Shown in pieces: positions 13,717 through 25,600 of a DNA stretch of 64,000 bases (position 1 is the first letter of the stretch; each line of letters starts with the position of its first letter). The stretch spans positions 18,166,001-18,230,000 of the forward strand of contig OZ024756.1 in the NCBI GenBank assembly GCA_964016885.1. The letters run 5' to 3'. Made by a program: the position numbers and the translations under genes. This stretch comes from Eledone cirrhosa (Eukaryota). Below the pieces are notes generated by a model that saw only the letters and a list, made by a program, of their open reading frames with translations, searched no databases and was not told the origin of the DNA.

Positions 13717-15819
13717 ATAATCATCATTGTTTAACGTCCATCTTTCATGCTAGCATGGGTCTGGACGGGAATTTTCCCACTTGAGGCAAGATTGGTTGTC
13801 TTGCTCGTATAGGACTGTCTGGCGAGTTTTCTATGGCTGGACCCTTCCTAACAGCAACCACGTTTACAGTGTGGACTGGGAGGTTTTTACCGTGTTACCT
13901 ACACGGCCACATTACAGCGTGGACTGTGTGTTTTTTTGTCGTGACACCTACACGACCTCATTTATTTAGGACTGGATGTTGTGGTACCAACATAGCTTTA
14001 CATCGAAAGGGGTGGTGTAGATGGCGATGGGGGCAGGGGTAATGGGACGGGGGTGTATTTTGGTTAAGAGGTGCCTACTGACTGTAGGTTTCGCTTTGTA
14101 CTCAGGGAAGGCGGGTCTTCTGTATTACTACGTAGCGCCAATGATCTCGGTCCAGTGACATTGTCTTGGAGAGGTGTAAGTGTGTGAGGTCGGATTTTAT
14201 CAAGTTGTCCCAGGTTTTTCTGGGTCTGCCTGCTCCGTAGCTACCGTGTATTTTGATCGCCCTGCACTTTTTTATACAGCGGTCGTCTTTCATGCACATC
14301 ACGTGTCCATAACAACGTAGTCTTCTCTCGAGTCAACAGCATCTGATCCCTCTTATTCCTAATTTCTCACTTAGTTCATTTATGCTTTGCCATTCGCGTA
14401 TATTACTATTACACATCCAACGGAGCATGCAAGCTTCGTTCCTCGCCAGTCTGCATAGACCCTCTGCACACAAGGCCCATGTCTCACTGCCATGTAACAT
14501 CGCTGTTTGTATGCAGGCATCATACAGCCTGCCTTTTATTTTTAGAGAGAAACCTTTAGCGGCCAATAGTGGTATAAGCTCTCTGAACTTTTTCCATCCC
14601 GTTCGGACTCTAGCTACAGTACTTTCGGAGCACCCTCCACCACTGCTGATTTTGTCACCCAGGTAACAGAAGGTGTCCACTATTTCTATAGAACCATCTG
14701 GGCAATGGAATGAGCTAGTATTCTGTGGGCATTTTCTGCTACTTATTGCACCAGAGCACCAGCCACATATAAAATCTATATTCTTAGTTAGCTTACCTGT
14801 GATCCCACTACATCTTTTATGCACCCATACTTTGCATTTGGGACATAAAATGGAGTTTCTGCCTACCCCTTTCCTACACACTGAGCATGGCCATTTCCCA
14901 GATGGGACCAGTGCCCTATTCTCCTTCCTACATATTAGGACTTTAGTCTTAGACAAGTTAACTTTAAGGCCTTTTGATTCTAGGCCATGCTTCCATGTTT
15001 GGAATTTCTTCTCTAGTTCAGCCATTGATTCAGCTATGAGCATTAGATCATCTGTGTATAGAAGTTCCAATGGGCAGCCGGTCTTGAACTCCTCCGTTAT
15101 AGCTTGGAAGGCGATAATAAATAGGAGGGGGCTAAGGACTGAGCCCTGATGAACACCAACTTTTACGCTAAACTCTTCACTATATTCATTGTTAATTCTA
15201 ACCTTGCTGACTGTTTCTTTATACATGGCTTGTATAGCTCTCACAAGCCAACCATCTACACCTAGTTTTCTAAGAGCCCACCAGATAATGGAACGGGTGC
15301 TCTGTCAAAGGCTTTCTCCAGGTCTACAAAAGCTAAATAGAGGGGTTTACTTTTAGCTAGGTACTTCTCCTGTAGTTGTCGTACAATGAAAAGAGCGTCT
15401 GTGGTACTTTTACCTGACACAAACCCGAACTGCATTTCATCTAGATCAGTTCGCTCTCTGATTAGTTGCGCTATTACTTTTTCTGTGACCTTCATGACCT
15501 GGTCAGTTAATTTAATGCCTCTATAGTTTCCCCTATCTAGGGCATCTCCTTTACCCTTATAGCAGTTAATGATGATGCTGCTACGCCAGTCCTTTGGTAT
15601 GACCCCATTCTGTATAACTTGGTTTACTATCCGGGTGACCATAGTGTCTCCCACCGTTCCAGATGCTTTCAGCATTTCAGCAAATATTTCCAAAGGCCCA
15701 GCCGCCTTGCCCGTCTTCATATCTTTGATTGCCTTACTTATTATACTACCTTCAACTTGCACTGCTGGTCCCTCTATTAGATCGATGTGGGGGAGACTGT
15801 CTTTCTCCCATTTATTCTC
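13717..15819 (-). mobile_element. 5'-truncated RTE-clade LINE (RT, PHD-like finger, C-terminus, 3' UTR), frameshifted
   Basis: ORFs 15262-15762 (NYRGIKL, QFGF, FVDLEKAFD), 14333-15244 (GVHQGSVLSPLLF, YTDD, C4HC3-like finger) and 14102-14302 (GRPRKTW); (CAT)n tail at 13717. Confidence 0.93.
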
Positions 15820-15883
15820 CTATATATTAAACCTTACTATTTATATATTAAACCTCACTATCTATATATTAAACCTCACTATC
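15820..15883. repeat. Three more units of the 21-bp minisatellite beyond the LINE
   Basis: Same unit and orientation as 8513-13716. Confidence 0.9.
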
Positions 15884-15904
15884 CCCATTTCCATCATTCC
15901 TTTT

Positions 15905-16150
15905 ACCCAGTCACTTTCATCCTCCCTCAACACATGACCGAACCATCTCATTTCATTTCATCTCACAACATTCATCACAGACTCTATTTCCTCTCAACCA
16001 GTCACTTTCATCCTTCCTCGACACATGACCCAACCATCTCATTCCATTTCTCTTCACAACATTCATCACGGGCTCTATTTCCTCTCACCTAGTCACTTTC
16101 ATTCTTCCTCAACACATGACCCAACCATCTCATTGCATTTCACCTCCCAA
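15905..16150. repeat. ~90-bp tandem repeat, ~2.7 copies
   Basis: CCAGTCACTTTCATCC..CAACACATGACC.AACCATCTCATT recurs at ~15907, ~15998 and ~16088. Confidence 0.75.
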
Positions 16151-16284
16151 AATTCATCATTGATTCTATTTCAAACTTCCTATGAAATTCGTTTTGTCTT
16201 ACAATACCAAGGTGCTCTGTTGCCTATGAGAAAATGTACGCAATATGTTTTATAGTTGTCAAGATTGGGACATTTAGTTTTTTT

Positions 16285-16556
16285 ATCACCCACCAGGAGA
16301 TCCCTAATTTATGCAGCACCCACCATGAAATCCTTAATTTACACAACACCACCAGGAGATCCTAATTTATGCAGCACCCACCATGAAATCCCTAATTTAT
16401 GCAGCACCCGCCATGAAATCCCTAATTTATGCAGCACCCGCCATGAAATCCCTAATTTATGCATCACCCACCAGAAGATCCTTAATTAACACAACACCCA
16501 CCAAGAGATCCTTAACTTATGCAGCACCCACCCAGAGATCACTAATTTATGCACCA
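16285..16556. repeat. ~30-bp minisatellite CACCCACCATGAAATCCCTAATTTATGCAG (~9 copies)
   Basis: Directly visible. Confidence 0.85.
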
Positions 16557-16871
16557 CATACCAGCACACAAAAAAGTCTCATCGGGTCAGAATTTATTGC
16601 AGTTTTGTGGAGTGGAGAAGGCTATCCCTTTGAATTTTGTGGAGTGGAGTGACAGAAAGTACAAGGGAATCCCAGTCTCTCACAAAGTTCATCTCCAGTT
16701 GTTGCTGCTGGTACCTATTTTTCAGCTGAGTGGGCTGAAGCAATGTGAAATGAAGTCCCATGCTCAAGAACACAATGCTGTGTCCAGTTCAAGGTCAAAC
16801 CCATGACCTTATAATCATGAAACCAACACTCTACATGGATCTATTGTTGAGCCTATTTTGGTTGAAGTAGT

Positions 16872-17150
16872 GTGGACACGTGGCCTAGTTGTAAGGGTGT
16901 TGGACTTACGATCGTAATGTTGTGGGTTCAATTCCTGGGCTGGGTTGCATGTTGTGTTCTTAAGCAAAACACTTCATTTCACGTTGCTCCAGTATACTCA
17001 GTTGTAAATGAGTACCAGCAAAGCTGGGGGTTTAACTCTGTAATGGACTGGCGTCCTGTCCAGGGAGCAGTCTTGTACTCTCAGTCACTTTACGCCATGA
17101 AACTGGGATAAGCACCGGCTCAACATGCTGGCTCGCAGCACACAAGGGCA
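16872..17150 (+). mobile_element. tRNA-derived SINE (family B, long form)
   Basis: GTGGCCTAGTTGTAAGG A-box, GGTTCAATTCC B-box, GTGTTCTT.AGCAA.ACACTT core. Related copies lie at ~16690-16830 (-), 28740-28880 (-) and 38265-38535 (+). Confidence 0.65.
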
Positions 17151-17499
17151 TGCATGCATTTTGGCTGAGGCCACAGGTTGATGACGATGATGTGTATTTA
17201 GTTTAGAATAAGTACACCACAGTATCCCTGTATACCGTCAGAAGTGACTAAAAGGATTGTTGCTAGGAAGGGCATCCAGCCATAAAACTTTTCCTCAAAA
17301 AGACCCCATGCTGAGTATGACTAAAACCTGCCCATAGAACCCACAAGCGTAACCCCTGCTTTAGCAGATGAAATGATCTTTAAAATGCTCACTGTTGTGT
17401 TATCTCAAATAATTATTAATCTGAGAAATATTTGCAAATAGGGATCATGGGAGTTATTGATATAAAAGGATTCTGTGTAATAGGATATTGAGCTATTGG

Positions 17500-17775
17500 G
17501 ACATTAGAGAATAGTTAACCTTTGTATAGGACCACTACAGAAAACTTTACTTGTAGATAAGACACTAGAGAATAGTTTACTTGTAGATAAGACACTAGAG
17601 AATAGTTTACCTTTAGGTAAAACACTAGAGAAGACTACCTTTAGATAAGACACTACAGAAAACTTTACTTGAAGATAAGACACTAGAGAATACTGTACTT
17701 GTAGTTAAAAAGACATCATAGAATACTTTACTTGTAGAGAAGACACTAGAGGAAACATTACTTGTAGATAAGGTA
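17500..17775. repeat. Degenerate 30-bp minisatellite ACTTGTAGATAAGACACTAGAGAATAGTTT
   Basis: About nine diverged units. Confidence 0.75.
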
Positions 17776-17789
17776 CCATTGCTCTCTAA

Positions 17790-17977
17790 CCCTTTAACAT
17801 TTAAACCAGCTGTATCCAGCCAGAATTCACTCACCTCCTGTTTAAACTAGCCACTCATACTGATATTAAGGTATTATTCTCAAAATAAATAATATCAAAA
17901 TCTCATAGTCGATATTATGTGAGATAAAGCCTTTGCCATGAAAATACAATAATATATATAATGTAACTGCTAAAGGG
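17790..17977. mobile_element. TTAA-type (piggyBac-like) MITE, diverged copy
   Basis: CCCTTTAACATTTA...TGCTAAAGGG termini; internal similarity to 62767-62987. Confidence 0.6.
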
Positions 17978-18461
17978 TGAAACTGTTGATCATGAATAGA
18001 TTAATTGATGCAAAACTGGAATTTTTTGTTAATGTGAATGTATGATTCTTATGTATATAACTATGTAAGAGCATATAATAGTGTATATAATGATATGAGT
18101 ATATAATCTAGTGTATATAATGTGACTGTATAATATGGTGTTTATAAAGATGTGTGTGTATATTCTGTTGTATATAATGATGTGAATGTATAATATGGTG
18201 TTTGTAATTATGTAATAGTGTATAATCCGGTCTTTATAATGATGTAATACTGTTGTAAGTGTATATGCTAATGTATATATTATGTAAGAGCATATAATAT
18301 GGTGTATATAATAATGTGGATGTATAATATGCTCTATATAAAGATGTGGGTGTATAATATGATATATATACAGATGTGGGTGTATAATATGATGTATATA
18401 AAGATGTAGGTGTATATAATGGTGTATATAATGATGTATATAAAGATGTGGGTATATAATA

Positions 18462-18642
18462 ATTGTTTCTACTTTTGGCACAAGGCCAGCAATTAATCAG
18501 TACATTACTGGTACTTTATTTTATCGACCCCTGTAAGGATGAAAGGCAAAGTTAACCTCGATGGGATTTGAACTCAGAACGTAAAGGGCCGTAACTCTAT
18601 GCGTCAAAGCATGGCGTCCGGCACTCTACCGATACTGCCAAT
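18462..18642 (-). mobile_element. SINE family A (Meta-like)
   Basis: Reverse complement of the 6533-6720 family, interrupting a degenerate TATATAATGATGTG repeat (18035-18755). Confidence 0.75.
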
Positions 18643-18938
18643 ACACACAATAATGATGTATATAATGATGTGGGTGTATAATATGATATATATAAAGATG
18701 TGGGTATTTAATATGATGTATATATAGATGGGGTGTATAATAAGGTGTTTATAATGATTCTCTATTTCGTTACAGTTCTTCTGGATTATTAACAACAAAC
18801 AAGAACTTCACGGAACATTACTGCTACAACAACAACAATTACTACTACTACCATCACCATCACTACTACTAATACCAATACTACCACTACTACTACCACC
18901 ACCACTAACACCACCACCACTACTATTAGTACTACGTT

Positions 18939-18956
18939 ATGTCATTTTCACAGAAG
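18939..18956 (+). CDS. Probable first coding segment (MSFSQK) of the zinc-finger gene, at the end of exon 18776-18956
   Basis: Acceptor TCTCTATTTCGTTACAG| at 18775; ATG at 18939, then 6 codons and donor CAGAAG|GTTTGT. Phase 0 joins in frame to the acceptor TTTATAG| at 19601. Confidence 0.5.
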
Positions 18957-19601
18957 GTTTGTCGAAATATATAAAAAGCATCTCCACTGTTAAGAAACCA
19001 AGAATGTGGATGGGCTGAAACAAATGTTTACACGGGATGCAAAGCTTGCTATTTCTTTTCAGCTGCAGCTTTGCATCTTCTTATTGTGATTCACCGCAGG
19101 CAGCCATGACTGGCTGCGTCCAGTCGGACCTGTTGTCATGGATACACATGGCAATGTTGTCCCACTACCGTGCAGTCGAGCCTGAGCGACATCTGTTATG
19201 GTTGAGTTCAGAAAATATTCCCGCCGACAACCCCTCACCTAGTAAGCCCTGCAGCTCCATTGCTGTGAAGTTTTTCTACTCAAACTCTTACGACATATGG
19301 CGCCAACTGATCTGTTTTGTTTTGTTGGCCACGAAAACTATCGCTCTTCCAGTCGCTTAGTTATGATTTCCCCATATAATGTGGACCCCGTCCAAAGGGA
19401 ACGGACATTGATTCCACCCATTCTACAACCACCGATACCTGTTGCTAATCATCACATAAATTCTTCTTAAAATATCTCCCGTTTCTCCCCACCCTTTTTT
19501 TTTTTCTTCCTACAGAAGAAGGCCCATGTGAATTATACTTGCTATAGTATTTTCTCGCTGGTCCTTTAAACTAGTCAGGCTGTCACTGCAACTATTTATA
19601 G

Positions 19602-22600
19602 ACACACCCATCTACTCTGGGTGGCAATCTTTATCAGTGCTGGTCATGTGATAAGGACTGCTCAACAATGTCTGACATTAGCCGGCTCTCACGTATACAC
19701 ACCGGGGAAAGACCGTTTTCCTGCAAATGGTGTTCTCGTCGTTTCACTCGGAAAAATAATCTTGTTAGCCACATGCGCACCCATGCTGCCGAAAATGAAG
19801 AGAGCAGTACTGGCCACAGTTCATCGGCTACAAAAGAATACAGTTGCCAAAAATGCAAAAAAGCTTACGGCAGCGCCGAACTTCTCAGTTCGCATAAAAT
19901 GTCGCAGCACGGCGATAATAGCAAACGTGGTCACCATGAATGTAGCATTTGTGGCAAAGTATTTGTGAGTGGAGTTATGCTGACAATCCATGTCCGGATG
20001 CATACAGGGGAACGACCATACGGATGCATCTTTTGTGAAAAACGTTTTGCCACTTCGTCTGATCTTAACCGACACACTCGCATCCACACTGGAGAGAAGC
20101 CATTTCAGTGTCGTTTCTGTGGAAAGAGGTTTACACAGAACTCCAATCTCAAAGTCCATTTGCGCACCCATACGAAAGTCTATCCGCACCACTGTTCGCA
20201 GTGTAGTATTGGTTTCACAACGCGGGCTGCCCTTTCACAGCACATTCGTGTACACCACAATGACAATAACACCACCACCACAACCACCACTTCCCCTACC
20301 ACCACCAACAACAACAACAGCACCAGCAGTAGCAACAATAGCGACACTGCCAATAAGAACAACAACAACAACACAAGCAAGAGCCCAAACAGTGATACTA
20401 TCAACAATAACAACAGTACTACAGACAGAAATGATACTCAGGGACTGTTAAATATTGTTTCTAAACAAGTTGAGGCAAGCAAGCGAGAAGATAAAGTGAT
20501 CCCCCTTGATTTCTTCCCATCAAATGTTAATAACTGGGACAAACAACTGCTCTCTAGCCTCATGCCTGGTATCAATTCTTCTTCACTGCCAGCTGTGGCT
20601 AAAGAAACTACTGCTACGGCTGAAAGTTTCTCAATGGAAGGTCAAAATCCATTAATGTGTAGCCTTTGTTCCCGACAGTTTCTGGAAGTCAGCAACCTTG
20701 TACAACATCTCAAGGTGGAACATGATTTGTGCGACAGCAACATGGATGTTGGTCCACTACCTTTAGTAGTTACAAAAGATAGCGATGAAGGAGATCGCAA
20801 GTCCCTCCTTCAGGACTTGGCACCCGACAACCAATTTACTGTTAAAACAATGCTGCTTGATTTTAATGACAAAGTCGTTGCTGTGGAGCCGGCCGTTCAA
20901 CCATTGTCCGTTGATGCTGCAAGTTATTTCAACAAGGAAGGTTCATGTAGTAACAATGCCAGTAGCAGTAGCTCTGATGGTACAGTTGCATTAGCTGACA
21001 ACCTACAATCACTGTTGTATAAGAGCAGTAAACCTGCAGAAGGAGAAGAGGCAGAATACCCCAAAGAAGTTGCTGTCAGTGGCACCAAGTCAAATGGCAG
21101 AATATTAAAAAACATTATTAATCAAACTCTGAAAGAGACTGAATCCAACATAAAAGTTGAACTGGATTTGGAGAGCAGCCATAAATCAGAGGAGACTGCA
21201 AACGAGGCCGACTTAACAGGCGAGGATGGTATGCTGTTGTTAACTTCAGCTAACTCAGCGGATTCATCATCTTACTCAGGTATAGAACCAGTATCAATAT
21301 TAGGCAAGGAGATAGATGTGAACTCTGGCAGGGATTCATCAACAAGAGTTCATGAGATTCCAACTTGTTTGGTAACAAGTGAAGGGATTTTAGAAGATTG
21401 GGAAACTAGTAGCAGAGACATTGGTTCCACAAACTGCAATACTTTACCTATCTATGTCAGTGATGACAGTAGTGAACAGTCCTCAGGATGCAGCAGTCTT
21501 ATTCCAAATTCGTTTGCTGTGTCTGCACTGAACATTCCAAGTAGTAGCCCTTGTATATCCGAGGATATTCAATGCCAAATACCTGATGTGCAGACCCTAA
21601 CAAACCTGGAAGGATTTGCTTTCAACAGAGATTCTAATAACATAACTAACAGCAGTGAGTCTTCCTACATATGTGAAGAGTTTGTAGATATTAACACATT
21701 AAGCTGTAACTATTCTGAAAGGTCAGACAAAAAACTGAAAATTGAGCCTGAAATCACCTGTATTGATTTATCTGCTCCCCTCCAGGATAAACTTCAATGT
21801 AAAATTCGTGCTGCTGAAGAAACACATTTGTCATCCGAGTCACTTGTCAGTTGTAACAAAGTAGGGGCAAGTAAAGGCTACTCTCTTACTGATCCCAACA
21901 AAAATGAAATACAAAATGTTGTGTCGTTGGCTTTATCATCAGCAAATATTGTACATATTAGAGAAAGTGACTGTACAGATGACCAGATAACCACTGTAAA
22001 TAATGCTGAAGCTATAGAAGATGGCAGGGAGTTGAAGAAGAGTACAACTAGTGAGGCTGATGATAAACTATGTAGTCAAGAGAACCAGTATGCATGTATG
22101 ATGTGTAATAAGACATTCCAACAAGCCAATCACCTGACGTATCACATCAGGACACACACTGGTGACCGTCCGTATAAGTGTGTATATTGTGGCAAGGCGT
22201 TCGCTAAGCCGTCCGATTTGAATCGCCATACCCGCATTCATACTGGGGAAAAACCTTTCAAATGTGAGTTTTGTGCCAAGCGTTTTACACAGAATTCAAA
22301 TCTTGTGTCCCACTTACGCACCCACGCAACATCGCAGCGGCCATACAGATGTAGTTACTGCAATAAGTCTTTTTCGGACTTCCCTCTCCTCAGTAAACAT
22401 CTTGCATGTCACACAACCAAAAGCTACAAATGCAAACTCTGCCTGCGAACTTTCAGCAGCATCCACCTCCTTTCTAAGCATACGGCACATGCTCATAACC
22501 ATCTGAATGTCAGAAGTGGAATTACGAAACAGAGACGCCCCCATATTTGCAATACATGTGGTAAAGAGTTCCTTACATCATCGGATCTCAAACGCCATAC

Positions 22601-25600
22601 ACGTATACACACAGGTGAGAAACCGTTTGCCTGTGACTATTGTGGGAAAAAATTCAATCAGAGCTCCAACCTTATTTCCCATGTGAAAACACATTCAGGT
22701 GTAAAGCCGTACAAATGTGAGTTCTGTCCCCGTGAGTTCTTCTCAACGGCCATGCTGTATCGTCACCGGAGATTACATACAGGGGAAAAACCTAACAAAT
22801 GCGACATATGCCAGATGTGCTTTTCCCGAGCAAACTTCCTCAAGTATCATATGGCGACACACCGTGAAGCGGAGATTTCTTCTGAATCAGCTGTCGAAAT
22901 ACATGATAAAAAAACTGTAAAACCCCTTGAAACTACGGCAGGTTACTTACCTTCTTCTCCTCAGCCACAGTCCCATGTTGAGGAAGACCCTAATGAGATA
23001 GTTGAGGGGAACGATACCCTGGACGAGAGAGAAGTTTTAACTAACTCTTCATATGATGAAATAAAGGACAACAGTTTCAATGCTACCCCATCAAATAATG
23101 CAGAACCTTCAGAAACTGGTACATTAGATCTTGGTACCTATGTCAGCAATGACGGTAATATGTACCTCACTTCTTTGCCAACTTCTACTGTAGAGTCTGA
23201 GAATCCAGCTGATCCAAAGAAATTTGTTGGTTTGACTTCAACGTTACCGACTCAATTGCAATGTAGTGGTTTCCAATGTCCATTCTGTATAAAGTCCTTT
23301 GACCACTCCAGCCACTTAATTAACCACATCATGTCTCACAATGAACAGAAGCATTACTGTTGTAAAGTCTGTTCCAAATCCTTTTTCACTGCACCTGCTC
23401 TCAGACAACATTCTAGAAAACATAGTCGACGTAAACCTTTCAGGTGTGGCTACTGCTCATGCCGATTCTCTCTAAATGTCTTCTTGTTGCTACATTTGAA
23501 GAAACACACTTCGATCAGTGAGTACGTGTGCAATGTATGTTGCTGGGTAACGACCAGCCTTGTCCAGGTGAGGCATCACAAGAAACTCTACACTGGAAGA
23601 CAACATACGTTCAGTGTCAAACATTCTGCAGAGTCTGGTGTCAGTGATGTGGAGAACCAACACACAACACACTCCCCCAACAACAACAACAACAACAACA
23701 ACAACAACTTCACTTCTTCATTGTCTAAAAAGTTTTACCACAGAGAAAATATGGTGGATGATCCCGGCAATAAATTATTTCAGTGTAGTGTATGTTTAGA
23801 ACGCTTTAATAACCCTTCTAGTCTCAGTCAGCATGTTGTAGTGCATAAGAAGAGTGATATATGTAAACAAGAGAATACGGTTCAACCGATAACACTTCTG
23901 CAGGTTCGATCTGGTCACTGGCAACTTAACAAAGGAGGTAGAAAGTTTCAAGGTAATTCATCGGCCTATGTGATATCTTCATCACAACTTGATGGTAACT
24001 CTGTCCAACAGGAGAAAAAGAATGGTGCTAATGGTACTCATTCTAAAGAAGCAGATAGTTTCAACAGCTCCAAGTCTGAAAGATTAATTTCTAACACTTC
24101 ACACAACTGCAGGTCAAATGTTAAACCGCGAGAGGTCACTATAGCAGGGCACAGTTGGTCAACTGGTGACTCTGTATTTACTGAAGAGTCCTCAGCATAC
24201 AAAGGATGCAAAGAAAATACACAAAGTGTGGCTTATAATGCCACAAAACCAAAGGCTAATATAACTTCAAATCAGGTAAAATGTTTGCAAAGGCAGGTAA
24301 ATTTTCAAAATGCATCCAAAGAAAAAGACAGTACAATATCAGAAGATGCTGGGGATAGATCAGGAAATGAACCGAACACTGTTATAAGTCAATCTAAGAC
24401 TCCATCTAATCAAGATGGCAAAACAAGACCAAAATATCCAATAAACTCACCATCAAGTTTAGAAAATAATCGCAAACAACACCAGTGTGAAATATGTGGT
24501 CGTACTTTTGTCCAGGCTTGTCACTTAACTTATCACATACGGACACACACAGGTGAAAGGCCGTATGGCTGTAGACATTGTGGAAAAGCGTTCTTCACGT
24601 CATCCGATCTGAAACGTCACACACGTGTTCATACAGGTGAGAAACCATTCAAATGCAACCATTGTCGTAAAAGATTCACTCAGCGATCAAATTTACTCAT
24701 CCATACTCGCTCTCACACTGGTGACAGACCCTATCGATGTCGTCTATGTCCCAAGAAATTTTCTACTTCTTCCATGTTGGCCAGACACCAACAAACACAC
24801 AACACAACTACCGATCATTCTGAATTCAATTTCTGTTGTCCTGCTTGTCGACAGAAGTTTCCTAACTATTTCAGTCTCACCAACCATCTGAAAACTGCTC
24901 ATCCGAGTTTGGTGAAAAAGCCACCAGAGTACAAGAAACGAAAGAAAAGATCCACTTCTCCTGTATGTGAAAAGTCAGACCCATCATGGCTACCTGTGAA
25001 ATCTGGTACAATCCCTGTTCCTGATGAGTCGTCTGATATAACCACATATTTGTCAGCTACTCTCAGCTGTGCTTTGTGTGAAAGATCCTTCCCAGATAGC
25101 ATTCAGCTTTCTAAACATCAATGTAGCCAGCATTCACTGCAAGAAGACAACCTGAATTGGGCCACGACTATTAAAGCTTTTGACTCTACGGCATCCGTAT
25201 CTGTTTCTCAGATTGATTCATCAAGCAAAATTCCATCTCGGTCAGTGTTCACATCTAATGAAAGTTTCTATAAGAATAAAGGACACGACATAGCTTTGGG
25301 ACCCATGAAAGTAAACACTGGAAATGTTGGTTTACTAGAAGAGCAACCAGCTGATCTACAATCAACAGAGACCAGCAAGGAAACTAACAATCTTCTGTCT
25401 GATAAAGAGCTGGAAAATGTTACAATGGAGGAAAAAGAATGTGACTTGGTAGAGAAAAAATCTAATTTAGTTTTGGTTGAAAATCTGTTACCAGCTACCA
25501 AGACAAACGAGAAAGGACACTCCACGTCGTCTCAATCTACTGTGGCAGGGCATAAGAAATTCTCTGAGGAGAAGTCACCAAACCAGTGTGAGATCTGCTT

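Noticed and set aside
15146-15152. Other CTGATGA words (15146, ~22057, ~25021, ~38511) as hammerheads
   Set aside because: No downstream GAAA/NUH with pairing stems; they lie in RT, zinc-finger coding or SINE sequence.
19037-19360. 107-aa ORF upstream of the zinc-finger exon
   Set aside because: No recognisable motif and no convincing in-frame donor; it may be intronic or an alternative UTR exon.
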